DNA from: Hydrolagus affinis
Lineage: Eukaryota
NCBI GenBank assembly: GCA_012026655.1
Contig: JAAILG010002105.1
Coordinates: forward strand, 1-57,950
Length of the DNA: 57,950 nucleotides
Direction of reading: 5' to 3'
Shown here: piece by piece, positions 9,791 through 22,420 of the stretch
How positions within the stretch are numbered: the stretch's first letter is position 1
How the letters are laid out: each line of letters opens with the position of its first letter
Notes under the pieces: model-generated
The model's database searches: none
Seen by the model: the letters and a program-made list of their open reading frames with translations, nothing else
What the model was told of the DNA's origin: nothing
Made by a program: the position numbers and the translations under genes

Positions 9791-12700
9791 CTGTAAAGTA
9801 CAGTACCTCTGTGTACTGTAGCACCCAATTTGCGCACAACGATATCCCACATCAGCCATGAAATGAATGACCAATTTTCTTTATCTGGTGACTTATTGGT
9901 CATTACTCTGTGAGAAACTACCTGTTTTTTTGCCATGGGGAAAAGAAAGATTGAGATCCTTCCATATTATCCCTAAATGCACTGCAGTAATTTGTTCATT
10001 AAAGTACAATGCACACTCCATAAACCAGTGTCCCATCTGCCTGTTCTTCAGGTAAATGTTAAGATTCCATAGCAGAAAACAAAAGGGAACAAAAACCTGT
10101 TTGGCCATCAGACTACCAGATTAATTGGTTATTCATCTCACGTCTGTTTGTCGGACTTTGCTATGTGCAAAATGGCTGCTCTGTGTGCCTTCAGAAAACA
10201 ATTATTGCACCTGACCTCAATTTTTGTGAAGCTTTTTAGATGTTCCAATATTAGTTGCTACAAAACGTTGCCTACTTTGCTTTAATAGTAGCAAGGTTTT
10301 AAAGAATAATATGAAAATTGGCTGAGAAAATTGAAGAGACTGTGCCTTCATTGACTTAAGTGTTTTGGACAAATCATTCCTCATTTGTCACTGCATCATT
10401 TGTTTGTAAATGTAAATTGATTTGAAACGTGTAATTTGTGACATTTGCATGTGACATTGCAGTGAAAAAGCTGCACAGCCTTTGTGCTCCTCATTCCTTC
10501 GCAAACTAAAAGCGAATACCATTTAATTTTTATGCAGGCGAGAACTGAAATCATTTCAAACAAAGACCCAAAGAAAATCAAATTTTTTTGCTCTGAATAA
10601 GTCAATTGCACCATCAAGATTATTATCTTGCACTTAATGCTCGTGACACCTCTCTTTAATTCGACTTCCCTGACTTTTTCCATATCGCTTCATTCTTTTA
10701 TTTACCAAATATCTATCCAAAGGTGGTTTGGAAAATCTGAACCATGAATTTCATTACGTGTCATATTTGTGCTGCGTCATGAACAGCTGACTGGCTTTAT
10801 AGTCTCTTCCCCTCCTCCTTGCCCTTATTATAGTTGCTTTTTTGCACCAGTGTTTACACTTACAGTGGCAGGATTGAGCCACTGAATCCAAAGGTCTCCA
10901 TTTGTAACAACTTCACTGAAAAGCACACAAAACGATTGTCTGTTAGTTGGTGTAAGATGTTGACTTCAGTGCAAGGCATTAAAGTTGCCATTTATATCTA
11001 CCATTGTGCGAATCCTTGGGTCATTCAACAGTACAGTACAACATGATAGGTGCAACATGATATGAAGCTGGTGACAAATATTTTCTCCTTATAGTTTTTC
11101 CACTGTTCTGTTTGCCACTGAAGTTTTGCACAAATTCTTATCAGAAAATGAATAAGACATAGTTTGAGTGCGTTTTTTTTTCCTTTCCCCGTAAATATTT
11201 TCTGAGTTAACTTGCAAGCAGGTGATATGCTGCGAGGCTACAGCTGACCTTGCTCTCACAAGGGGGAAGGCTTACTAAACAAAAACATTCTCCCTATTTT
11301 TCCCAAGAGTTTCTGGCTGAGACCAGAAAGTTGTTGCATGTGGGTTTGTAGGGCAGAACACTTGTGCAAAATAATCTGCACAGTGCAGACATCCGTGCAA
11401 AAATACACAGAGCCACCTTTGAAGGTAGAATAAGTAGAACTTTAAATTGATTGACTTTGTAAATAAACCCACAATAAAAACAAAATACAGTTGTTGTTTT
11501 TCTCCCACATAACAACAACTTGTGTTTATATAGTGCCCTCCATGCCATAATTCACTGTTAAAACAAGATCATAATGGCGTGTTTGACCTATTTTATCAAG
11601 CCAAGACACAGACAATTTCTGGTTCTCTGTCATGTAGTCATTGTTTGCATTCTGTATCATGCACCAAATAATTAAATTCCTCCATGTATAAAAACCTTCT
11701 TAAGATAAAGGTAACAACTTATGAATTGCTCAAACTTCACTATTTGTTATCAGAATCCCTCGATTTGATTACTGCGTTCAGAATCATCGAGAGGATCTGT
11801 TATGACAATGCAATTTGTTATACTGCAGCTGAGGAACAACTGATCGTTCCAGGCCTCCAAAGATGTCATTTGTGAATTGGGATGTGTTTGAAATATTCAC
11901 TGAATACTCAGATTGAATGCCACCTCTAGAATAAAACTTTTATGATGGCACTTAAAAGTAAGCCCTGAAGGCACTCTAAGTGTTGAGTAAGCACCTGGAA
12001 ATGTTGTTGTAAAAGTGTTATGTTGAGCTTTGTTTTTAGGGATGGGGAGGTTTATGCTACTTGATTAGCCATGAAGATCATCAAATTAATGCCCTTCCAT
12101 CTGGTTTCTGGCAGTCAGGGGCTAATCAACCACAGATGAAGGAGAGTGTGGATCGTGTATTGTAGGGACTATGTCTGCTACTCAATACAGTTTTTATTAC
12201 TTTGCTACTTTATACTGAGTTTATACTAATTTTAGTTCTCTTTAACCTAATTCTTGCACAACATAACTCTTTATTTTGTTTCTATGAAGTCTTGAGAAGA
12301 TGTCAACAGTTTATCTGATGTACCTGCTACTTTCAGGCATGCCTTGTCCTTTGTTAGATTTTCTGGGGGGTTTTCGAGACCTGAGTTTTAAAGTTGTATT
12401 ACTTTTTTAAGCATAAACGATTCAAATTAGGATCCCCAAATAGAACAAATCAATGGGGAAATGGTAAGTAATGGTTATCGTAAAGGGCTAATGTTACTAT
12501 AATGTGTAAACGACGCAGAGCTGTAATTTTTAAATTGTGGAATTCTTTGAGCTTTTGCTGAGCATACAAAATGCTGTTGGATTAATGGCAAACTGATTCA
12601 CTGAGGCAAAAACACAATTCAATTTATTGATGAACCGAGGAGAGCTGTTGGGAAAAAATACGAGCCCTAAGACGTTCATCAAATAGCTAGAGGTTGCAAA

Positions 12701-14334
12701 TTGTGCTAAATAATTTGGTCTGTTTGAAGATTCAAACTAATCAAATGATGTTGATTGTCTGTAGACATTTATGCAAGAGACTTCTCAGCTCCCACTGGAC
12801 CATCACCTTATTGAAATTCACAGGGAACATCTTGATAGAAATGTCCAGTCGACGAAAGGAAGACTAGTATTCACGTGGCTTCAGTTTTCTTATCAATAGA
12901 GAATTAAAGGAAAATATTTAACTGAAATAGTACTATTTGGGCTTTTCGATAAATCATGTGCACTCATCTGTATGATGGGCCTCAAAATACTCTGTGATTG
13001 TATCCTAGCATACGGAATTGCATGTTGAGTCGCTTTATTACCCATTAGTGGGTAAAGTGTGCCAAAGTAGATAAGAAACAACAATAAAATTTACTGTGTT
13101 TTTTATATTTTAGGTCACAAGCTAGTGGTAGAATCTGAGGTTACAGCCCTTAAATATGTATGTCTGATGTTAAGAGTTGTGGATACATTACTGCTTAAGT
13201 ATTGCAGAATTCCCCATTGGTAGGTAGGAGCTAACATGTTCTGGTTAAGACAAAGCTAGTGGGAAGATGGCCTAATTATTACAAAGAACTGTTGCACCTT
13301 ATTGTGCTTTTTAGAAGAGCTCAACTAAATTGCTTGATTACTCTACTTTTAAAACTCATACCTGGCAACAAGGATTTTTCTGTATATGTTGCTCTAATAA
13401 TAAGAATGCTATGTCAGCATACAGAATATGTAAATTTGGCTAACAGTTCATCCTCAATAAAGTAGCTTTTGTTGATGTTTCTGGATCTAGTGTTGCAGCA
13501 GTGTTTTTGGGGGGTTCGGGTGGAGAATGAGAAATCTTGTATACAAAGGTAGTGGCGTTTGGTAAAAGAAAGGACAATTTTATTTATTGATGAGCTATTT
13601 GGGTCAGAATCCATTTTAAATATGCAGTGAGATGCGTGAGAAGAGTAATTCGATTGGTGTGGAGTCAGGTTGCAGTTGTACTTGCTGTTAAATAAGATAA
13701 TATTTGTAAAACAAAGCTGGTTATTCCATATTGATTTTTTTTAACACAAATACATAAAACAATAGAAATGGGGAAAATGCTGTAATTTTTGCAATGGTAG
13801 AATATCTATTTTATGATCTTGGATTTTATCACCGTATATATCAATACAATTTATTTTCACAAGGGGGGTATTACTTAGCATGATTCAAAGAGAGATACAG
13901 GGAAATCTCAGACGAAGTATATACTAGTGCTGAAAATAAATTGCTTTGTCACCCAGAGGGGAACCGTTGCTCTAAGAAAAATCCACATATCATTTTGAAA
14001 TCCTTTTTTGTAACACAATAGGTGCTTGATCATGCTTGTATTTTAATTTATCTTCTAGTTTGTTGCAATTTCTGCATTCCAATTAAAAAAAATGTATAGG
14101 GAAGAAATCAAGGAAAATTTATTGTCCGCAGTTTTGAGGGTGTAAATGTCACCATTTTTGATACATCTGTTGTCAGTCAGGTTTGTAAACTGATGAAATG
14201 GAGCTGGCTGTCTGTATGGCCTAATCATTTAAGTGTATTTGAATTAATATCAATCCTTTCCAAATAATTTGATTCATGAAATGTTACCTGCCCAACAACT
14301 ATTTTTACTGTGAAGAATCAGGTATACAGTGCCA

Positions 14335-14432
14335 AAACACAGTCGATTCACTTTACTGTATGTCTTGTGAACCGTTTGAGATATCTCAAAGATGTGATAA
14401 GGCGCTATATCAAATGCAAAGATTAATATTAT
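14335..14432 (+). mobile_element. SINE 3' tail fragment
   Basis: cagtcgattcactttactgta…ggcgctatatcaaatgcaaagatt matches the tails of the copies at 26951 and 41591. Confidence 0.75.
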
Positions 14433-15015
14433 ATGTCTGACATTGTTGAAGGGACATGAGGTTAAAGCAGCAAATGAGGCTTCATTCCAGTTAGAAAATA
14501 GAATGTTAAAAATAAATTGCTGACCAACTTAGGAAGGCACAGATGGAGCCTAACATTTTAAATGTAGTGTTAAGATTGAAAGTGACAGTATTGTGGGTTG
14601 GTGAGCTGCAGCTCAACATCTGTGCTGTGGCATGGTAGGATATAGGTTTAAATGTTGCCTCTCCCATTGAAGAGATATAGTAAGCCAAGGTTGTGTCTTC
14701 ACCAAAGAAAAGGGCATTTAATGATTTACAAGATATCATATTCACCTTCTTTTGTTGAAGGAACATTGTCAGGAGTCTGTCAGCAAGCTGTTTCCCTTCT
14801 TTCCAAACACGTTTATAGATCAAACAAGAGAAAATATCACAAAAACAGCTTTGTGTGTTTTGTTTTAATCCCGCGAAGAAGCTTACCAACAATATCGTTG
14901 CTTGACCATAAAAAATAAATAACAATTATTACATTTGATGTAGTGCATTGTATTGTTGAGGTGTTTCAAAGCCCTTCACAGTATACTGTAAAGTATATTT
15001 GACTGTATTTTGATT

Positions 15016-15246
15016 AATAATAATCACATTTGATATAGCACTTTTCATGCCTTCTAGATGCCTCAAAGCACTTTACAGAATATAATGTAAAGTGATGTAC
15101 TGTAGTGACCAATTTATTATTTATTTTCCTTGAGGGATTAATATCAGGTGTGTGGAGCAAGGAAACTTGCCTAAGGTTTTACTCTTCCGGGAATCAAACC
15201 CAGGTCTCTCAGTTGCAAGGCGAGTGCCCCAACCACTGAGCTACCA
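15016..15246 (-). mobile_element. tRNA-derived SINE, internally deleted
   Basis: Reverse complement has A box TAGCTCAGTGG, B box GGTTTGATTCC, GGCAAGTTTCCTT and the shared tail ending (ATT)n. Confidence 0.85.
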
Positions 15247-16717
15247 AATTTTGTGGGTGAAATGCACCAGTTTGCGTGAGAATTCCTGCCTTCAGCTGGA
15301 GTGCCCATCCAGCACTGCGAGGTGCATTGAAATTTCCTCCCAATGTGAAAGGCCCTACATAAATGTAAATTGGATCGAGAATAAATTTGAGGTTTGCCAT
15401 GATCGCTCTTCTGTTTTCAATGATTACTAACCCTCATTAGGGTCACATGAAAATTGGGAGTGTAGCCTTCAGTAATATTATTAATCTAATGCACCAGTTT
15501 ATCAAAAACCTAACTCAGTCTTTTTTTTAAGATACTGTGGTGGAGACATCTATTAGTTAAATAATACATTTAGGGGATGTTGCTATGGGCTTCAGGATGT
15601 TTAACAAGCTTTGTGTTCTTTTAGTTTCCCATAAGTGCCCATAATCAGTTTGTTAAACATGTCACCAAATGGAGCATAACCCTCTTTGTTGTAGCTGCTG
15701 AGTTTTTAAGGGTAATTTGGGGCTTTTGTTCATATTCGCTCTTGGTTTGGGTGTTAGATTTAGGGGGATTATTGTTTGTATATTTTGCTTTGTAACTATA
15801 GATGTATCTTTACCGTAGAAATTTTTTATAAATCACTTCATAGATCATAACATGCCAGATGTAGATTTTCTAAGATTCGTAGTTGTGGTCTTCCTTAGCA
15901 GAATTGCCAAAAAGATGATAATTTCATTCTAACCTTGTAGAACATTTAAATGCTCACAACGATTCAGTGGATTATGCAGCCCATAAATAATCTATGGGTG
16001 AATCCTTGGTATCCACTGAGTTAGCCTGGCCAAAGGCAGGACATTGCAATTGGATTTTAGTGGTCTTGGGCTGAAGAAGGAGAAGAAAAACAGGGTTTCC
16101 ACTTCTGGCTGCTTTTGATTTCCTGATATGAAAGCACAAGAATGTATATACAATCAGACTCAATTGTGATGCCCCACATTGTCAAGCAGTCTGTGAATGT
16201 TCACCATCTAGGCATAAAATACGGCATCTAATATTAATTTCTGGAGTGTCGCTGATGCCTATGGAATTTGGGACAAGTTCCTTTTAAAAAGCAAGAGATT
16301 GCTGGTGGGGGGTGGGTAGAATTAAAATGGAATAAGCTGTCATTTTTAGAGAACAGGCTGTCACGAGGAGCTTTCATGGTCTTTTAATCAGTTGCCTTGT
16401 TCGTTATTGTACAATCTGAAGCCGAGGAAGTTTAACTGTTTCAATTGTGCATGTTCATTAACCCTAAATATAAAAAAGAATTATGCAACCTAAGTGAAAA
16501 TCCACTCGCTTTTGTTCTCAGAGTTTAAAATACACATCAGAGTTTCAGGCATCCCAGAGTTGGTGTTTCAGACATTGAAATTTAGTAGTACAGTATTTTG
16601 AAATTGCTAATCTTTCACATTAATCTTGTTGGTTATGTACTTGTCAGTGTTACCAAGTAATAAATTCAAGACAATGGCAGGTGAATTACTTCCAAGGACC
16701 TGTATTTTCTTTTACAG

Positions 16718-16877
16718 GACCGGAATCGGCCCTATGACGCATTTAACTTGCACTCTTTGGAGAGTTCCTTAATGGATATTATGAGGAGTGACCATGAGCC
16801 TCTGAAAGGTAAACACTATCCTCCCAGTGGCCCACCAATGACTATCGCTGATATAATGTGGAGGAATCATTTTGCAG
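16718..16877 (+). CDS. CPEB3: CPEB3 coding exon 2 (DRNRPYDAFNLHSLESSLMDIMRSDHEPLK-GKHYPPSGPPMTIADIMWRNHFA-G); internal alternative donor after 16808
   Basis: ttttcttttacag| acceptor; donors AAG|GTAAAC (16808) and CAG|GTTAGG (16877), both phase 1; peptide matches vertebrate CPEB3. Confidence 0.95.
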
Positions 16878-19800
16878 GTTAGGAATATTCCTTCATCACT
16901 ATTTGGTGTTGACTTTGTAATATCTTTTAATGGTGTTAAAATTTTAAATCTCTGTATGACATTTTTGATACCTATCAATGGATTTAAGAAAACAATTTCA
17001 TATATGCAGATGTAGTTTCCGTTTTAAGCTGAAATAGTTGAATTTGTGAAATGTTGGTATTCCATACTATGCATTAGTATAGCATGTGTTTTATATTTGC
17101 AGAAGCTCTTGTTACAAGTGACTTCGAGACTATTTAATAATCCAACTCCTATTTTGATTTGTACATTTCGGTATATAGACACTTCTTCTTGTTGTTACAT
17201 TTGCTCAATAACTTGAGAGATGAGAATAATTGCAAAAAAAATTGAGAAAGATGTCAGCATGTGAAAACTTCTCTTACACTAGATATACAATGAATTATGG
17301 CTTACTTTCAGCAAATGTCTATGGGTTGAGTTACAGACCAATCAATTATAAATAAAACATTTCAGTAATAACATTCTGTAGATACAAAGTTGAATAAAAC
17401 TCATTTGAGATATATGAGGCAATATGGAAGGGTAGGACTGGGGGAGATCGAAAAGCTGTGGTGAACGGCAACTACATATTATAAAGGATCCAGAGAAATA
17501 AATGGATGGATTAATCTAGCCAATCACAATACAACAGAGTGCAATGGTAAAAGTTCCACCTCTTAATACAGTCAATACAGGGACAATTTCAGGATTAATT
17601 ACTTTGGAATAACTAGTTGATAAATTATTAAAAGCTTCCATAGATGCTGGACTTTCAGCTCTGTTCTCTTTAGGAGGGTGGAGTGGGTGGGTAATCTGGA
17701 GGAAGAATTGTATCGAATTCTTTAGTTTAGAAACTGCTTTCTGTTTGAGGAAGGTTATATACCTTTGAGCACCCTTCTACAGTAGGATGTCTATAAAATG
17801 GCAAATGATTAGATTGCCATTTGACCCAAACAGAACACACTGCGGTTTGTTTATGTAGACATTGCTCTGTACTTTGAATAATAAAGTGACTTAAATTTTC
17901 CTGGACTGCTATGTGTATTGGTTTCTTCAATCATACATGGTAATAGTCCAAAGGGATCCTAAACTCAGAGGTAATTAATTAGCTTTAAAGTTATCTAGTT
18001 CAATTCATAATGAGTTTGCAGATATACTTATGCTTGGATCAGGAATGAATTCTTAATGATATCTGTCAGCAATTATATACAGTGTGCTACATCATCTAAA
18101 TTCACTCCACTGAAGACCTAAGGTAGATCTGCTGGATTCAACTACTTTTATATTTAAAAAAAATCTTCTGATAATTAGTCATTTGTGTTAGTGTAGAAAT
18201 TTCACTCCAAAATTTCAGTAACACAAAAATCTGTATGATGTACTACGGTAACAATGCACAACATCTTGCTGCTTTCTGCTTTTCTTTGTGTCTGTCTATA
18301 TGTGTGCAAGTTACATTGATGATTTTATGATAGAAAGATAATTTTGTGTCACAATGTTTATCGCAAACCATAGTATAATGTATGTGTTCAATGCAAATCA
18401 CGGGACAAAGTGTGAACATATTGCTGCAAGATTAGTGTGTTTTGGGAGTATAAATAGGAAGTACAGTACAGTAATAAGAAATAATGCAGTGTGTTTTTTT
18501 AAAAAGAAAATTCAAGGCACAGTCAAAGACTCTTGGGATTCAAGTGTCAGTACGATATCATTATAACACTGTACCTGGGCATGAAAGCTGTGTACAAATT
18601 GTACAAATATTGTTACAGTATCTTGCAAAATCTAAGCACTTTTGAAAAATTGGATATTTCCTAATATGAACATTTATTGAAAAATGACATTTTTAATTGA
18701 GTGTTAAATGTTACACAGGAAATAACATGTTAGATGAAATCATATTTTGTGATATTTGGACTGTAAATTGTTTTTGTGGGTTTATGGTAAGCAGTGTAAT
18801 ATTACATTGGATGTTATTTAGAAAGATTAATTTTAAAGATGATAAATTGCGAAATGTGTGCAAATTTGGATTTCATTTATGCTTTGGTACATTGGAATAT
18901 AATGGGAATTTAAAATCTGTTGCAATTTGATGAAGAGGAACATTCTCATTTCTTAAAAGTGAAACAAAATAGTTGTCTATTATTCCAATTTATTTTACAA
19001 ACCTTTTAGGTAAGTGTTGAGCATATCTAAGAAGACACATTAACCATTAATGGCATGTCAACCTGCTTCCAAGAAGGCTAAGAAATGGGACTTGTAATCT
19101 CTTGTTTCTTTGCCTTCATCAATTCATTCAGTGATACCAGAAATAGTGTGTTGTGTTTCTTCATTCCCCCTCATGCGACATAAAGCCCAACATTAATTGT
19201 GGTGTTCCTCATATACTAATTTTCCTTTTAATATGCAACATTTGTAGATTACAGCGGTGTCTTGGTGTTGCATCTATTCATTTTCTGTGAGCCCTTGCTT
19301 TCTTAAAATAGTTCTTTTTTGTCACAATTTACAAAATGGAGATTTAAAACAGTTCAGTAAGTTTTTTTTTACGAATCGCTGAGAGCTGAATTATTTATTG
19401 TGTTTCCACTTTATTTCTGTCATCGATGCCGTGTGGAAAATTTTCCAGACTCTTTCGACACATTGCCTCTAATGTGTTTCGATGCCCTTAAGGGAGTTAC
19501 AAGGCCAAAGTAGAATTTGGGATTAAGATGCCAATTAGAACCTTGTAATTCCACATAGTGTGTGTTTCTTCCACCCCCATCCCCTCCCAGAACCCCCACA
19601 AAAGAGTACTGCTGACCTATTGTGGTTTTCTGAGCTGTCTGACTATTGTGCAGAACACGCACAGCAGGTGTCGTCTGTTGAAACCCATTAAAAGACTTTT
19701 AGTGATAATGTACAGTATTAACAAGGAACTGAATCATTTTGTTCATTTGTCACCTGAGGTTTTCCATGGGATTATTTGTTGCGTAACGTCTATGATGTTT

Positions 19801-21297
19801 TATATCTTGTTCTCCTTGTCTACAACCCTACCCCTCTTACGCAATTTTTTTTAAAAAAAGCACTTGAGCTCTGCAAGTCGTGTGTGTTTATAGTTGAGGT
19901 TTATTTGCTTATTTACTCACTGTATATATTTCAAAATATATTCTAATATATGGATATTAGAATATATATGTTTCGGTTCTTGAATATAGTTTGGGTGATT
20001 TTTGCCAGAATACCTAAAGCTAATTGATGGATTTATTAATCTGAAATCAGTAGCAAGAGGCTCATGTCAGACTGATTTTACCACTCGGTCCCCATTGTTC
20101 CTAATGCCTGTCATCTTGGTTTTGAAGTCAGATCTTTTATTAAAGATTTAAACAGAACCAGCTTGATTTTCTTTCATTTCCGGTATTCCCCTTTTGTATT
20201 TTTATGGAGTTGTGTTTGAAAGATATTGATTATTTATTTTTCGAGATTCAATTATGAGAATGTTTGGTGAGTACAATGTGGGAATATTGTAATGTTTCCT
20301 TCAAGTTAAAGGACAAACAACCCATTAGTTGGCATTTAGTGAATATTTACCTTGTGTTTTCATTATTGCATAGTTCACATTTTCTTATGGATGTTTGAAT
20401 TCCTACTTTGATGTGATTTTTATCTCGGGTATTTAACTGAAAGAGTTCATCATGATGTATTATGGATAAATTTTAAGATTTGAGGTAGAAACCTGTTTTA
20501 AAATCTGTTCGATGCTTTTTTTCTCCCCCCGCCCCCAGAATTGTTTACTCATACTGATTGATTACTCAGTCCTGTCTGCATCCAGCATCCTTTTCTCCCA
20601 ATCATAATCAGTTATCCTGCTTTCTTCTAGAATTTCTTCTCCCTCTCTCCACCCTGCCCCCACCCTTCCCCGAGGCCAACAATGCTACGCCAACTCTAGT
20701 GTCACCTTGTCATGTCACTGCATCTGAAATTGCCTAATTAAATCTATGCAGACCAGGGAACAAGTCTAAGACCTTCCTCTCATGTGCTACTTATTCCCAC
20801 ACCTTATGGTGTATGTATAGCCATGGATGATTGGGAGAGGAATGGAAATACAGAGTGTTCTTGCATCAGGTCAAGATCTAAAAAAGGCCGAAGTAGCTGT
20901 TTATGTCAGGCTTGTAATTCCTTACAAAGAAACGCACTGAAATGCTCACTCATTTATAATTGACCATATATTGTTACAAACATGTACTCCAGCATTAACA
21001 CTATAGAGAAAGGTTTGACTTGCACATTTAGTTTGATGTTGGTTACCAGTCCTAAGGGATAAGAAAATTAGATTTTTTCTTGTGAACAGCTAAAATTCGG
21101 CAATACTCAATGGTTTATTCTGCAGCTGAATTTGTGAGTTGTAGCCTATATTAGAATAAGGCATGCGTTGAACAAGTATATTCAGGATGGAGACAAGACT
21201 TTGCTTATTACTTCATTCCTGGAACATCAGTATAAAATATTTTAATTGGCTAACCTTTCAAAACACTGTGAAATGTACACAATTTAAATCAAGCCAT

Positions 21298-21335
<38 letters not shown>

Positions 21336-22250
21336 TATACATTTTATTCACCATTATTTCAATTAATTTAAGTAGTGTGTGTGTTAATCCATTCAAAATG
21401 ACTGCACAGTGGCAAAGATGAGAAGAATAAAACAACTCAGCAAGTGTTTGTAATGGAATGCTGGAACTACTCAACTCCAGTCAGCTGAGGTCACATGTGT
21501 AGCATTAGTTTTGGCTGTGAACTTGACCCATTGAAAAATGATGGAATTCCAGCCGGAAAAGCAAGAACAAAAGCAACACAGTGCTGTTAAGAAAGCACAT
21601 GTATTAAATCTTTGTTTTCTCCCCCCAAATCTGTAGTATTAAACCCTAGGTAATGAAACTGATGGGCTTTACATAAGAGGAGTTGTAAGAGCTTTTAAGG
21701 AGGCTGTATTTATCCTGTCTTCAGTAATTTGTTCTGGGTGTTTTGAAAAGAAATCACATTTCCTGTTGGGGTCTTTGGAAGTTACTATGGTTCAGCGGGG
21801 TTGAGGGCTTGAGCAATTAGTTAACTCAGCAATTTTGATAGGACTGGATTTATTCGTATAATTGGAATCCTTGGGTGCGATCACTTATGCATCCATGGCA
21901 AACCATACAAGCACGTTACATGCAAATGTTTGGTGAGTAGCGAAGGATAATTGTACAAAGTTGGGTTCGTTCACAAGAGCAGAATGTTTATTGGTAAGCC
22001 AAATGCAAATAGATTAGAAGTTATTTGACCTGTGTTCTGTTACACAATTATGTGAGATTTTGTTTAAAAATGTGGATTATTGTTTTGTGCAATCAGATCA
22101 AAATTTGTTGGTTTTCCTCATCCAAGTGCTGTAGCAGTGTGAAAACAAGCCCTGACATGAAATTAAATGAAATTAAGTTAAAATTAAAGTTAAAATGCAA
22201 TCATTTCAATATGAATTTTTAATGAGGTATATTCTCTTCGGGTTAATAAT

Positions 22251-22420
22251 ATAATAATCCTTGCATTTGATATAGCGCTTTTCATATCTTCTAGACATCT
22301 CGTAGCACTTCACAGAATACACTGCAAAGTGAATTGACTGTATATTTGTGGGTGGCACATGGCAGCCAATTGTGCACAGCAGTGTCCTGCAAGCAGTCAT
22401 GGATTGTGTGACCAAATTAT
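22251..22420 (-). mobile_element. SINE, 5'-truncated (Deu-like core + tail)
   Basis: Reverse complement of the 3' half of the 26951-27238 copy; the ORF track shows the same pseudo-peptide …EKRYIKCKDYY. Confidence 0.85.

Noticed and set aside
15170-15246. tRNA-like sequence (also 26951-27010 and 44204-44275)
   Set aside because: SINE heads: A and B boxes are present but the cloverleaf is broken and they continue into SINE body rather than a poly-T terminator.
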